Shown here one piece after another: positions 31,570 to 41,017 of a stretch of 64,000 bases of DNA. Made by a program: the position numbers and the translations under genes. A model generated the notes under the pieces. The model did no database searches and was not told the DNA's origin. It saw nothing but the letters and a program-made list of their open reading frames with translations. The number at the start of each line of letters is the position of its first letter. The stretch's first letter is position 1. Source of the stretch: an uncultured delta proteobacterium (lineage in GTDB: Bacteria > Myxococcota_A > Polyangia > Fen-1088); NCBI GenBank assembly GCA_963796685.1, contig CAWCMR010000015.1, positions 128,001 through 192,000 on the forward strand, given 5' to 3'.

Positions 31570-32757
31570 CTAGGACTCGGATGCCAGCGCCGCGTGCCTC
31601 GACCGGATGGTTTCGGCCAGCTGGTCGACAGCGAGGAGATTCTCGGCTGTCGGCAGGCCCTTGCTCATCAGGGGGTCGAACATTTCGAGCTTGAGACCCG
31701 CGAGCAGCGCCTTCAGAGTGTCGACGGTCTTCCCGCCCCAGGCCTGCGAGCCGATGATCACGGCGTGGCGCAGTTTGGGCTTGATGGCGCCCGCCAGATA
31801 GGCGGCGTACACCGCGGCGGGGTGGGGACCGTTCAGCACGGTGGGCGTAGCCAGCACCAGGGTCGCGGCGTCGACCAGGGCCATGGCCAGCTCGCCGATG
31901 TCGATGGTCGCCAGATCGAACTGCTTGACGTTGATGTCTTGGGCGACCAGCCGGTCGACCAGACGATCGACCATGATCTTGGTGCTGCCGTGCATGGACA
32001 CGTAGGCCACCAGGGCCTCGTTCTTGACCTTGTCCGAGGTCCAGTCCTTGTACGCGTCCAGGATGAACTCCGGCCGGCGGTAGATGGGACCGTGGCTGGG
32101 CGCGATGATCTCGGGCGCCATGGCGTCGATCTTCTGCAGGTAGGTCGGGTACTTCTGGCGGAAGGGCATCATGATTTCGGCGTAGTAGCGCTTGGCCGAG
32201 AGGTACACGTGGTGCTCGTCGTCGGCGTACAGGGTGCCGGTGGCGAAGTGCGAGCCGAAAAAATCACAGGTGAAAAGGATTTTGTCCTCGCGCAGGAAGC
32301 TGAACATGGTTTCGGGCCAGTGCACCCAGGGCGCGAACATGAACTGCAGGCTCTTGCCGCCGAGGTCCAGCACGGCGCCGTCGGTGATGATGTCGCACGA
32401 CGTGGTGGGCACGCGTAGGTGGGTCGAGAGCAGGTCCATGCACTTCTGGTTGGTCACGACTCTGGCGCCGGGATAGCGCTCGAGGACGGCCGGGATGCTG
32501 CCCGAGTGATCCTGTTCGGCGTGGTGGCAGACCACGTAGTCGATCTTGGTGACGCCCAGCTCGCCCAGGTTGGCGAACAGCTCTTTGGCCAGCCCCGGCT
32601 CGACCGTGTCCACCAGCGCGACCCTGTCCCGGCCCTGCACGAGATAGGCGTTGTAGCTGGTGCCGAGGGGCAGGGGAATCAGCGAATCGAACAGGCGGCG
32701 GTCCCAGTCGATTGCTCCGACCGAGTACACACCTGGTTTCATCTTGCGTGGTGCCAT
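31570..32757 (-). CDS. fprA: Flavodiiron protein (O2/NO reductase)
   Basis: GTSYNAY, HAEQDHSG, VHWPE, CDFFG, PSHG and flavodoxin SMHGST. Confidence 0.93.
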   Translation of the reverse strand: MAPRKMKPGVYSVGAIDWDRRLFDSLIPLPLGTSYNAYLVQGRDRVALVDTVEPGLAKELFANLGELGVTKIDYVVCHHAEQDHSGSIPAVLERYPGARVVTNQKCMDLLSTHLRVPTTSCDIITDGAVLDLGGKSLQFMFAPWVHWPETMFSFLREDKILFTCDFFGSHFATGTLYADDEHHVYLSAKRYYAEIMMPFRQKYPTYLQKIDAMAPEIIAPSHGPIYRRPEFILDAYKDWTSDKVKNEALVAYVSMHGSTKIMVDRLVDRLVAQDINVKQFDLATIDIGELAMALVDAATLVLATPTVLNGPHPAAVYAAYLAGAIKPKLRHAVIIGSQAWGGKTVDTLKALLAGLKLEMFDPLMSKGLPTAENLLAVDQLAETIRSRHAALASES

Positions 32758-32794
32758 CGTCTAACTCCTTGGGTCGCCTGGCGGGTGGTGGCCG

Positions 32795-32956
32795 TCAGCT
32801 CATGGGGATGAATGCGTCCTTGGAAATACCACAGACCGGACACCGCCAGTCGTCGGGAATGTCCTCGAACGCCGTCCCAGGCGGAATGCCGTGTTCCGGG
32901 TCGCCGAGGGCGGGATCGTATTCGTAGTCGCAGGCCGAGCAGACGTACTTCTTCAT
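32795..32956 (-). CDS. Rubredoxin
   Basis: [39 protein letters not shown]. Confidence 0.93.
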   Translation of the reverse strand: MKKYVCSACDYEYDPALGDPEHGIPPGTAFEDIPDDWRCPVCGISKDAFIPMS

Positions 32957-33089
32957 GGCAGCAGCTTCCCTACCGCCCCTGGGGTCAAAGTTCAACGCTT
33001 CGTCGACGGCTTGCCCGTCGGCGCCTCGCAAGTCGACACCTTGCACCTCAGCAGCTTGATCGTCGGGCAGGACAGGGTAGGGTTACGCG

Positions 33090-34502
33090 ATGGCCGACCC
33101 CACCCGCAAGGAACGCGACCTCCTCGGAGAACGCGAGGTGCCGGCGTCCGCCATGTGGGGCATCCATACCCTGCGCGCCGTCGAGAATTTTCCGCTTTCC
33201 GGCCGACGCGTATCCCCGGCCCTGGTCCATGCGTACGGGCTGGTCAAGCAGGCTTGCGCGCGCACGAACCGAGAGCTGGGCAGCCTGCCAGGCAAGGAGG
33301 CGCAGGCCATCGAGACCGCCGCCGCCGAGATGGCCGAGGGCAAGCTGGACGAGCACATCCGGGTGGATGCGTTGCAGGGCGGAGCGGGGACCTCGCTCAA
33401 CATGAACGTCAACGAGGTGCTGGCCAACCGCGCGCTGATTTTGCTCGGGCGGGGGCTGGGCGATTACGCGGCCATCGAGCCGCTCGACCATGTCAACATG
33501 CATCAGTCGACCAACGACACCTATCCCACGGCGCTGAAGGTGGCGGCCATCGCCAACCTGCACACCCTCGAAGCAGCCGTGGTCGAGCTGCAAGAGGCCT
33601 TTCAGCGCAAGGAGCGCGAGCTGGCCGACGTGGTGAAGGTCGGTCGCACGGAATTGCAGGATGCCGTGCTTACCACCCTGGGGCGCGAGATGGGCGCCTA
33701 CGCCGAGGCCTTCACGCGCGACCGCTGGCGCATCTACAAGTGCGAAGAACGCCTGCGCGTGGTCAATCTGGGCGGCACCGCCATCGGCACCGGTCTGGGC
33801 GCGCCGCGGGCCTACATCTTTCACGTCGTGGATGTCCTGCGCGAGCTGACGGGCTTCGGCTTGGCGCGCGCCGAGAACCTGGTCGAGGCGACGCAAAACG
33901 CCGACGTCTTCGTGGAGGTGAGCGGCATCCTCAAGGCCTGCGCCAGCAGCTTGTGGAAGGTGTGCTCGGATCTTCGTTTGCTCTCGTCCGGCCCCAGCGC
34001 CGGACTCGGCGAGATTCGTTTGCCGCCGCGCCAGGCGGGCTCGTCCATCATGCCGGGCAAGGTGAACCCCGTCGTCCCCGAGGCCGTCACCCAGGCGGCG
34101 ATGCAGGTCATCGCCAACGACCAGGCCATTACGCTGGCGGCGTCGTCGGGCTCGCTCGAGCTCAATCCCTTCCTGCCGCTGGTCGCGGACGCCCTGCTCG
34201 GCAGCCTGGATCTGCTCACCGCGGCCTGTCGCATCCTGGCGCGCGAGTGCGTGTCGGGCATCGAGGCCGACGTGGAACAGTGTCACGCCCACGTGCACGG
34301 GGGAACGGCGGCGCTGACCGCATTGGTCGATCGCATCGGCCACGCGGCCTGCAACGACCTGTCGCGCGCCGTCGACGCCGGTGAAGGCACCTTGCGCGAC
34401 CTGGTCGTGCGCCGGGGCCTGCTCACGGCCGAGGAGTACAACCATCTCACCTCACCCGGACGGGTGAACCAACTTGGCCATCGCAGCAAGGAGATCGAAT
34501 GA
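33090..34502 (+). CDS. aspA: Aspartate ammonia-lyase-like protein
   Basis: GGAGTSLNMN.NEV, STND.YPT, GRTELQDA and GSSIMPGKVNPV. Confidence 0.88.
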   Translation: MADPTRKERDLLGEREVPASAMWGIHTLRAVENFPLSGRRVSPALVHAYGLVKQACARTNRELGSLPGKEAQAIETAAAEMAEGKLDEHIRVDALQGGAGTSLNMNVNEVLANRALILLGRGLGDYAAIEPLDHVNMHQSTNDTYPTALKVAAIANLHTLEAAVVELQEAFQRKERELADVVKVGRTELQDAVLTTLGREMGAYAEAFTRDRWRIYKCEERLRVVNLGGTAIGTGLGAPRAYIFHVVDVLRELTGFGLARAENLVEATQNADVFVEVSGILKACASSLWKVCSDLRLLSSGPSAGLGEIRLPPRQAGSSIMPGKVNPVVPEAVTQAAMQVIANDQAITLAASSGSLELNPFLPLVADALLGSLDLLTAACRILARECVSGIEADVEQCHAHVHGGTAALTALVDRIGHAACNDLSRAVDAGEGTLRDLVVRRGLLTAEEYNHLTSPGRVNQLGHRSKEIE

Positions 34503-35761
34503 ACGCGGCACCTCGTGGAGTACGTTTGCACATCGGGATCTTCGGCCGGCGCAACGTCGGCAAGTCGTCCCTTCTCAACGCCCTGACCCGGCAACAGGTG
34601 TCGATTGTTTCTCCCGAGCCCGGCACGACCACCGATCCCGTGGAAAAGCCCATGGAGCTTCTGCCGCTCGGGCCCGTGCTGTTCATCGATACCGCCGGCC
34701 TCGACGATGTCGGTGCTCTCGGCGCCCAGCGCGTGGGGCGGACGATGAAGGTGTTGGAGCGAACGGATCTCGCCATCCTCGTGCTGGCCGAAGAGGGGCT
34801 CGGCAGCTTGGAAGTGGGCCTTCTCGACGCGTTCGAGCAGCGCAAGATTCCGGTCCTGCCGGTGCTCAACAAGACTGATCTGGCCAAACCCGCGGACGCA
34901 ACCCTGGATCGACTGCTGCATCGCGGCCTCAAGCCGGTCGTGGCCAGCGCGGTCAGCGGACAGGGAATGGCCGAGATTCGCGAGGCCCTCGTCGACCTGG
35001 CCCCCGACGAGTACCTCAACGCGCCCACGATTTTGTCCGATCTGGTGCCGCCCGGCGAGTGCGCGGTGTTGGTCGTGCCGGTGGACAAGGAGGCGCCCAA
35101 GGGCCGCCTGATTCTTCCTCAGTCGCAAGCCATCCGCGATCTGCTCGACAACGATTCCTACGCCATCGTCGTGAAAGAGCGCGAGCTGCGCGATGTTCTG
35201 GACCGGCTCAAGCGCAAGCCAGCCCTGGTCGTGACCGATTCGCAGGCATTTCTGAAGGTCGCCGCCGACACTCCGCTCGACGTACCCATGACCTCGTTTT
35301 CGATCTTGTTCGCCAGACAAAAGGGCGACTTGCTGCAATTCGCGCGCGGCGCCCTGGCCATCGACAGCCTGAAGCCGGGCGACCGTATCGCCATGGCCGA
35401 GGCCTGCTCGCACCATCCCATCGGCGAGGACATCGGTCGCGTGAAGATTCCGCGCTGGCTCGGCCAATACATCGGCGGCTCGCTGGACGTCCAGCAGGTG
35501 CAGGGGCGCGACTTCATCTCCGACCCCAAGGAATTCAAGCTCGTGATTCACTGCGGGTCGTGCATGCTCAATCGTCGTGAGGTCCTGTCGCGCATCTTCG
35601 CCTGCGAACGGGCCGGCGTTCCCATCACCAACTATGGAATGGCCATCGCGTACAGCCTGGGGATCTTCGAGCGCGCCCTTCAGCCTTTTCCGGCGGCCCT
35701 CGATGCCTACCACCAGGCGCAGGCGGCGCGCGGTGCCAAGCGCATGCAGCCCGTGCCGTAG
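34499..35761 (+). CDS. hydF: [FeFe]-hydrogenase maturation GTPase HydF
   Basis: GRRNVGKSS, GTTTDPV, DTAG, NKTD, APKGRLILPQ and the Fe-S ligand motif CSHH...HCGSC. Confidence 0.95.
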   Translation: MNAAPRGVRLHIGIFGRRNVGKSSLLNALTRQQVSIVSPEPGTTTDPVEKPMELLPLGPVLFIDTAGLDDVGALGAQRVGRTMKVLERTDLAILVLAEEGLGSLEVGLLDAFEQRKIPVLPVLNKTDLAKPADATLDRLLHRGLKPVVASAVSGQGMAEIREALVDLAPDEYLNAPTILSDLVPPGECAVLVVPVDKEAPKGRLILPQSQAIRDLLDNDSYAIVVKERELRDVLDRLKRKPALVVTDSQAFLKVAADTPLDVPMTSFSILFARQKGDLLQFARGALAIDSLKPGDRIAMAEACSHHPIGEDIGRVKIPRWLGQYIGGSLDVQQVQGRDFISDPKEFKLVIHCGSCMLNRREVLSRIFACERAGVPITNYGMAIAYSLGIFERALQPFPAALDAYHQAQAARGAKRMQPVP

Positions 35762-36026
35762 GTGGTCGGTGGCAAACCTGGCGCCGAGCGCCTGGATACC
35801 CGCACTTTCGGCGATGTCTCTCCGTGCTCCATGGGTCTACGACGGCGACCGGGCCCATGGCAGGGGCGACGGAGTGGCCGGCTTTCGCGCTGGTCTGCTG
35901 GGTCACAGGTCTTGTCGACTCGCCCAGTGATGAGCGCGAAAGAGCGAAAACAGAAGTTGCCTGGCCTGGCCTGAATTTTCCGGGCTCGCGGTACTTGCAA
36001 GGAGCGACCTGCGCAAGGAGAAAAGC

Positions 36027-36968
36027 ATGAGTAGTCCCCGCGTGATTTCGACAGTGGCGTTGCTCTTTTCGGCAACTCTCTTCCTAGGCTGTAACGCTGG
36101 CACCCCATCGGGAGCGACGGGAACCGGTGGCAAAGCCGGTTCAGATGCCGGCGGCTCGGGATTCGGAGGAGCTCCAAGCGCAGGTGGCAGCTCGGGGGCG
36201 GGCGGCGCCTCTTCCACTGGTGGGAGCGTCGCGAGCGGCGGGAACCCGGGTGGTTCGGGCGGCAGATCGGGCCAGGGGGGCGCTTCTTCCATAGGAGGGG
36301 GCGTCGGAAACGGTGGTGACTCGGGCATGGGCGGCAGCACGGCCATGGGCGGCAGATCGGGCCAGGGGGGCGCTTCTTCCACAGGAGGGAGCATGGGCAG
36401 TGGTGGCATGTCTTCGAGTGGTGGAAACCAGGACACCGGCGGGAACATGGGCTCGGGTGGCAGCAAGCTCGACGCGGGGACAACCAGCCGTCCGGACACC
36501 GGCTTGGGTGGGTCGACGAGCACGGGTGGTGGTGGATCCGCTGGGATGGTCGGGTCAGGCGGCAGAGGCTCGGGAGGCATGACCGGCGCAGGTGGCACCT
36601 CGTCATCGTTCTGGCCCAGCGCCTACACGGCCACGACCGGAGCGAGCGGCATGAACACCGGACAGGACTGCATGAGCTCGTGTCACAACCACGGCTTCGC
36701 GCTCGGCGGAACCGTCTACGACTCGGCTGGCAAACCGAAGTCCCAGGTGGAAATTGGCGTCAAGATGACGAGTGGCCAGTTCATCTCCGTGTTCTCGGGT
36801 AGCGATGGCAACTTCCACTACTCCGGCTCCGGCCTCAACTTGGCCAGTGCGGACATCCGCGTTCGTGACGCCAACGGTGAATCGCAAATGCCGGTCAACT
36901 CCGCCTCGTCCGGCGCTTGCAACTCGTGCCACACGGGCACGGGTACGGCGCGCATCTCGGCTCCTTAG
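36027..36968 (+). CDS. Gly/Ser-rich lipoprotein with C-terminal putative di-haem domain
   Basis: Lipobox FLGC, long Gly-rich linker with duplicated GGRSGQGGASS, CMSSCH (CX3CH) and CNSCH. Confidence 0.75.
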   Translation: MSSPRVISTVALLFSATLFLGCNAGTPSGATGTGGKAGSDAGGSGFGGAPSAGGSSGAGGASSTGGSVASGGNPGGSGGRSGQGGASSIGGGVGNGGDSGMGGSTAMGGRSGQGGASSTGGSMGSGGMSSSGGNQDTGGNMGSGGSKLDAGTTSRPDTGLGGSTSTGGGGSAGMVGSGGRGSGGMTGAGGTSSSFWPSAYTATTGASGMNTGQDCMSSCHNHGFALGGTVYDSAGKPKSQVEIGVKMTSGQFISVFSGSDGNFHYSGSGLNLASADIRVRDANGESQMPVNSASSGACNSCHTGTGTARISAP

Positions 36969-37000
36969 CGGACGTCACGGTATCCTGGACGCGCGGAGGG

Positions 37001-37822
37001 TTAGGCTCGTAGCCGGTAGTACACCGCGCCCCGGAATTCCTCACGCACGAGGCGATCGGTGAGAGGCAGGATCGATTCGGCGGCTCCCACGATCAGAAAT
37101 CCCTCCGGGGCCATGACCTTGAGGATGCGGTCGAGGACACGTTTGCGATCGGCTTCGGAAAAATAGATGAGCACGTTGCGCAGAAGCACGATCTCCGCGC
37201 GCCCGGGGAAGGGCGGGCGTGTTCCGAGCAGATTGTCGGTTTGGAAGCGACAGACAGAGCGCAATTCGTCGCTGACGCGAAAGCGATCGCCCATCTTGAC
37301 GAAGTACTTCGCGACCTCGCTTTGGGTCAGCCCGCGCTGAAGGTCGAAGGCGGTGAAATCGCCCTTGTTGGCGGCGTTGACGACGGCCTCGGAGATGTCG
37401 GTGCCAAGAATTCGAACCCGGGTTTGCGATAAATCGAACAGCAGCTCCTTGAGAACCATGGTCAGGCTGTAGGCTTCCTGGCCGGTGGACGAAGCTGCGC
37501 TCCAGATGGTCAGAGGCCGTTTGGTGTTGTCGCCGAACAGCTCGGGAAGCAGCTTGAACTTGATCAGATCGAAGTACTTGCGGTCGCGAAAGAAGAACGT
37601 CTCGTTGGTGCTGACCGCATCCACCACACGCCGCTCCAACCTTGGGTCCTGCCGCGCCTGGCGCAGAACCTCGCCGTATCCCTTGCCACCGAGCTCGCCT
37701 TCGATGTCCTGCAGGCGGGTTTCAAGCAGGTACTTTTTCGAGGCATCGAGCTGTATTCCCGTTAGGCCGTAAATGTAGTCCTTGAAAGAGGCGAGCTCTT
37801 GGTCGGTCATCGGAGGCGGCAT
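37001..37822 (-). CDS. cheR: Chemotaxis methyltransferase
   Basis: TNETFFFRD, IWSAASSTGQEAYS, GTDIS and RNVLIYF. Confidence 0.93.
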   Translation of the reverse strand: MPPPMTDQELASFKDYIYGLTGIQLDASKKYLLETRLQDIEGELGGKGYGEVLRQARQDPRLERRVVDAVSTNETFFFRDRKYFDLIKFKLLPELFGDNTKRPLTIWSAASSTGQEAYSLTMVLKELLFDLSQTRVRILGTDISEAVVNAANKGDFTAFDLQRGLTQSEVAKYFVKMGDRFRVSDELRSVCRFQTDNLLGTRPPFPGRAEIVLLRNVLIYFSEADRKRVLDRILKVMAPEGFLIVGAAESILPLTDRLVREEFRGAVYYRLRA

Positions 37823-37847
37823 GGCGAGGCGTCCGCTCTTCCTTGAG

Positions 37848-38888
37848 CTAGCCCGCCAAGCTGGCGATGCGATCCGCAATGCGGTCCAGCGGCAACTGTA
37901 CCTCGACCGCACCAATCTGATATGCCTCTCGCGGCATGCCATACACGGTGCATGTGGCCGCATCCTGGCCGATGGTCGCGGCACCTGCCTTTCGCATGGC
38001 TAGAAGTCCCTGCGCCCCGTCCTGTCCCATGCCGGTAAGGATCACCCCGACGGCGCTTGCACGATAGAGAGTGGCCAGCGAGCGGAACAGGTAGTCGACC
38101 GCGGGTCGGCAGAAGTGTTCCGGCGGATCGGAGGTGAGATCGATGCGCTTGCCGGCAGCGTCGTCCACCACGCGCATGTGCTTGCCGCCCGGGGCGATGT
38201 AGACGGTGCCCGGCTGCAAGGCCATGCCGTGATCGGCTTGCACGACCTGGATGGCGCACTTGGCGGCCATGGCCTCGGCCAACGATGCGGTGAACAGCGG
38301 CGGCATGTGCTGAACCAAAACCACCGGGACAGACAGGTTGGCCGGCAATCGCGGCAGTAGGTCGGCCAAGGCCTGCGGCCCACCCGTCGACGTGCCGATA
38401 CCGATGATCTTCGGGCGGGCCGTTGCCTTGTGCTCGAAGGTGGCCGCCGGCTGCGGCGCATGGTCGACGACCGCCGGAGTGCGCTTGGCGGCGATGGCGT
38501 CGAACACCGAGGACAGTTGTTGGCGTAGGATTTCCCGGTTCTTGTCGGGACTGGTTTCCTCGGGCTTGGTGATGAAGGTGAAGGCACCGAGGCCGAGGGC
38601 GCGGATGGTGACCTCCGCGCTTCGATGGGTCATGGAGCTGACCATGATGACCTCGGTCTGGCCCAGGCGGGGGCGCAGCTTCTCCAGCGCTTGCAGGCCG
38701 TCCAGCACCGGCATCTCCACATCCAAGGTGATGACGTCGGGGTTGCAGGCGTCGAACTTGTCGATGGCTTCCTGGCCGTTGGCCGCCAGTGCAACGATGC
38801 GGGCGGCGGGAAGTCTTTGCAGCGAATCCACGAGGACCGAGCGGAAGGCCAGCGAGTCGTCGGCTACCAGGACGCGCAGTTGACGCAT
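37848..38888 (-). CDS. cheB: Chemotaxis methylesterase (REC-CheB)
   Basis: VADDS, LDVEMP, GTSTGGP, QHMPP, RPAVD and LTGMGQDG; true start MRQLRV at 38888. Confidence 0.93.
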   Translation of the reverse strand: MRQLRVLVADDSLAFRSVLVDSLQRLPAARIVALAANGQEAIDKFDACNPDVITLDVEMPVLDGLQALEKLRPRLGQTEVIMVSSMTHRSAEVTIRALGLGAFTFITKPEETSPDKNREILRQQLSSVFDAIAAKRTPAVVDHAPQPAATFEHKATARPKIIGIGTSTGGPQALADLLPRLPANLSVPVVLVQHMPPLFTASLAEAMAAKCAIQVVQADHGMALQPGTVYIAPGGKHMRVVDDAAGKRIDLTSDPPEHFCRPAVDYLFRSLATLYRASAVGVILTGMGQDGAQGLLAMRKAGAATIGQDAATCTVYGMPREAYQIGAVEVQLPLDRIADRIASLAG

Positions 38889-38899
38889 GGTGATTCCAG

Positions 38900-39353
38900 T
38901 CAGGGGGAGGTTCTGGGATTGCGCTCCACGATCCGGCTGTGATCGAGAATGGCGACCAGAGTCTGGTCGAGCTTGAGGACGCCGCGGAAGAGTCCCGCTC
39001 CACACCCACCAGGTTGTCGGGAGCGGGCGCGATGGAACCCGGCTCGGCGCGCACGATGTCGTCCACATCGTCGACGAGAAGTCCCAGAGCTCGTCTCGGT
39101 GGGGCACGATGATGACCAGGGATGGGCCACCAGCAGCTACCGCGAAGCCGAGCTTTCGGCGGACATCGATGATGGTGACGATGCGGCCGCGCATGTTCAC
39201 CACCCCGCGGACCTCCGGCGGGGCGCGATGCACGGCTGTGATCTGGTGGATGCGCTTGATCTCCTGGACGTCGACGATGTCCAGTCCGCACAGCATGTCG
39301 CGCACGCGGAACGTGACGATGTCGGCTGCGGCGGTGAACGAATCGACGGGCAT
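38900..39353 (-). CDS. cheW: CheW, interrupted by two single-base frameshifts (near 39087 and 38992)
   Basis: VQEI, VRGVVNMRGRIVTIID, then GLLVDDVDDI and FRGVLKLD..LVAILD in successive frames. Confidence 0.85.
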
Positions 39354-39357
39354 GGGC

Positions 39358-40983
39358 TCAGTCGATCCCGTGGGCGCGCAGGCTGGGACCGTACTCGCGA
39401 TCCATGACCAGGATGTGCGTGGTCAGCCAATCCTTGAGGAAGGTCAGCACCTCCAGCAAGTCGACCTCGCCGCCGCGATCCAAGGTCGCGATGATCTCGG
39501 CGACCTTGCCCAGCAACTTCTCGTGCGCAGCCTTCTGTTGGGGTAACCCGGCATAGCTGGCGGCCTGCATGGCTTCCTCTTCGCGCTGGAAGTGCCGTCG
39601 GGTGAAGTCACCCAGCTCCTTGAGCGTGGGCAGGAGGGACGACCCGTCGCTCTTCTCCTTGACGCGCTGATGGATGGTGTTGATGTACGCGAAGATACGT
39701 TTGTGGTCGTCGTTCATCTGCGTGCTCATCACGTCGAAATCATCGGTGAACCGGCACAGTTGCAGGGTAGCGTTCTTGCCCTGGTTGGCCACGTGGGCGG
39801 GCAGCTTGACGGTCGCCACCGTGCGCTTGATGTCCGCGCCTTGGCTGACCACTTCCAGTGCCTGTGCGTACGAGGCCGCTGCGTCGGCTTTCACCTCCAG
39901 GGCGTTGCGGTTGAGGCTGGACATGGACTGGGCTACCGCCGAGGAGAGATTGGTGACGTCGAGAATGCTCTTGCTCACGTCCTGGACCGCCACCGCGCCC
40001 TCGCTGACATTGTTGCTCATCTCCTTGATGCGCTCCGTGGTGCTGACCACGTTCTGGCCGATGCTGTCGGTGGTCACCGACTGCTCTTCCGCCGCCGCGG
40101 CGATGGAGGTCACGGCCGCGTTGACTTCCTTCATCACGTCGTTGATGGCGCGGATGGCGTCCGAGGTGCGGCGGGCGACCTCGTGGATGATCCCGATCTT
40201 GCCCTGAATGCCCTTGGTCGCGGCGTTGGTCTGCGACGCGAGATCCTTGACCTCCTTGGCAACCACCGCGAAGCCCTTGCCCATCTCGCCCGCGCGCGCC
40301 GCTTCGATGGTCGCGTTGAGGGCCAGCAACTTGGTCTGGTCCGAGATCTCCGAAATCGTGGCAGTCACCGCGTCGATGGCCTGGGCCGCGTCGTTCAGCT
40401 CGCTGACCAGGGACAGGGCGCTGGTCACGTCCGCCATGGCCTTCTTGCTGATGGTGGTGGCGCGCGCGGTGTTCTCCGCGATATCGCGAGAAGCGGTGGT
40501 CAGCTCCTTGATGCTGAGCTGGACCGAATCCACATTCGAATTGGACTGGCGCGCGGCGCTGGCGATGGATTGCATGTTGGCATTGAGCTCTTCCGTCGAC
40601 GCCGATACCGAATTCATGTTGTGGCGCATCTCCTCGGTCGAGGCCACTGCGGCGGCGATGGTCTTTTGCATGGCCACCGCGTTGTCGCGCAAGGCTTTCG
40701 CGGTGGAATTGGTCGTGGCGGAGGACCGATCGATGAGCGTCGAGCTGGTCAAGATCTCGCCGAAGGCCACCACCAAGCGCTCGGCCATTTGGTGCAGGGC
40801 CGCCAGCAGAGGATCCTTGGCCAAGCGGTCCGCGTCGAAATTCAGGACCAAGTTGCCCTTGGCGATCTCCTGGATGAGAGCGATGGCCTCGCTGCTATCG
40901 GCCGCCGCACGTGGCGTGCCGGCCGTGCTCGCGCGAGATTTGCCGTTCCGCTTGGGCTGGGTCCGACTCGTCACTTGGTGCAT
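39358..40983 (-). CDS. Soluble methyl-accepting chemotaxis protein with C-terminal bacteriohemerythrin
   Basis: [24 protein letters not shown] hairpin; no transmembrane segment; C-terminal DDH, HFQREE, Q..AH and WL..HI..MD. Confidence 0.9.
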   Translation of the reverse strand: MHQVTSRTQPKRNGKSRASTAGTPRAAADSSEAIALIQEIAKGNLVLNFDADRLAKDPLLAALHQMAERLVVAFGEILTSSTLIDRSSATTNSTAKALRDNAVAMQKTIAAAVASTEEMRHNMNSVSASTEELNANMQSIASAARQSNSNVDSVQLSIKELTTASRDIAENTARATTISKKAMADVTSALSLVSELNDAAQAIDAVTATISEISDQTKLLALNATIEAARAGEMGKGFAVVAKEVKDLASQTNAATKGIQGKIGIIHEVARRTSDAIRAINDVMKEVNAAVTSIAAAAEEQSVTTDSIGQNVVSTTERIKEMSNNVSEGAVAVQDVSKSILDVTNLSSAVAQSMSSLNRNALEVKADAAASYAQALEVVSQGADIKRTVATVKLPAHVANQGKNATLQLCRFTDDFDVMSTQMNDDHKRIFAYINTIHQRVKEKSDGSSLLPTLKELGDFTRRHFQREEEAMQAASYAGLPQQKAAHEKLLGKVAEIIATLDRGGEVDLLEVLTFLKDWLTTHILVMDREYGPSLRAHGID

Positions 40984-41017
40984 TTTTCGATCCTCCGTCC
41001 TTGATGAAAGCGAGGCG

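Noticed and set aside
37848-39353. Apparent CheW-CheB fusion (501-aa ORF)
   Set aside because: The joining segment is off-frame cheW sequence created by two indels; cheB has its own ATG at 38888.
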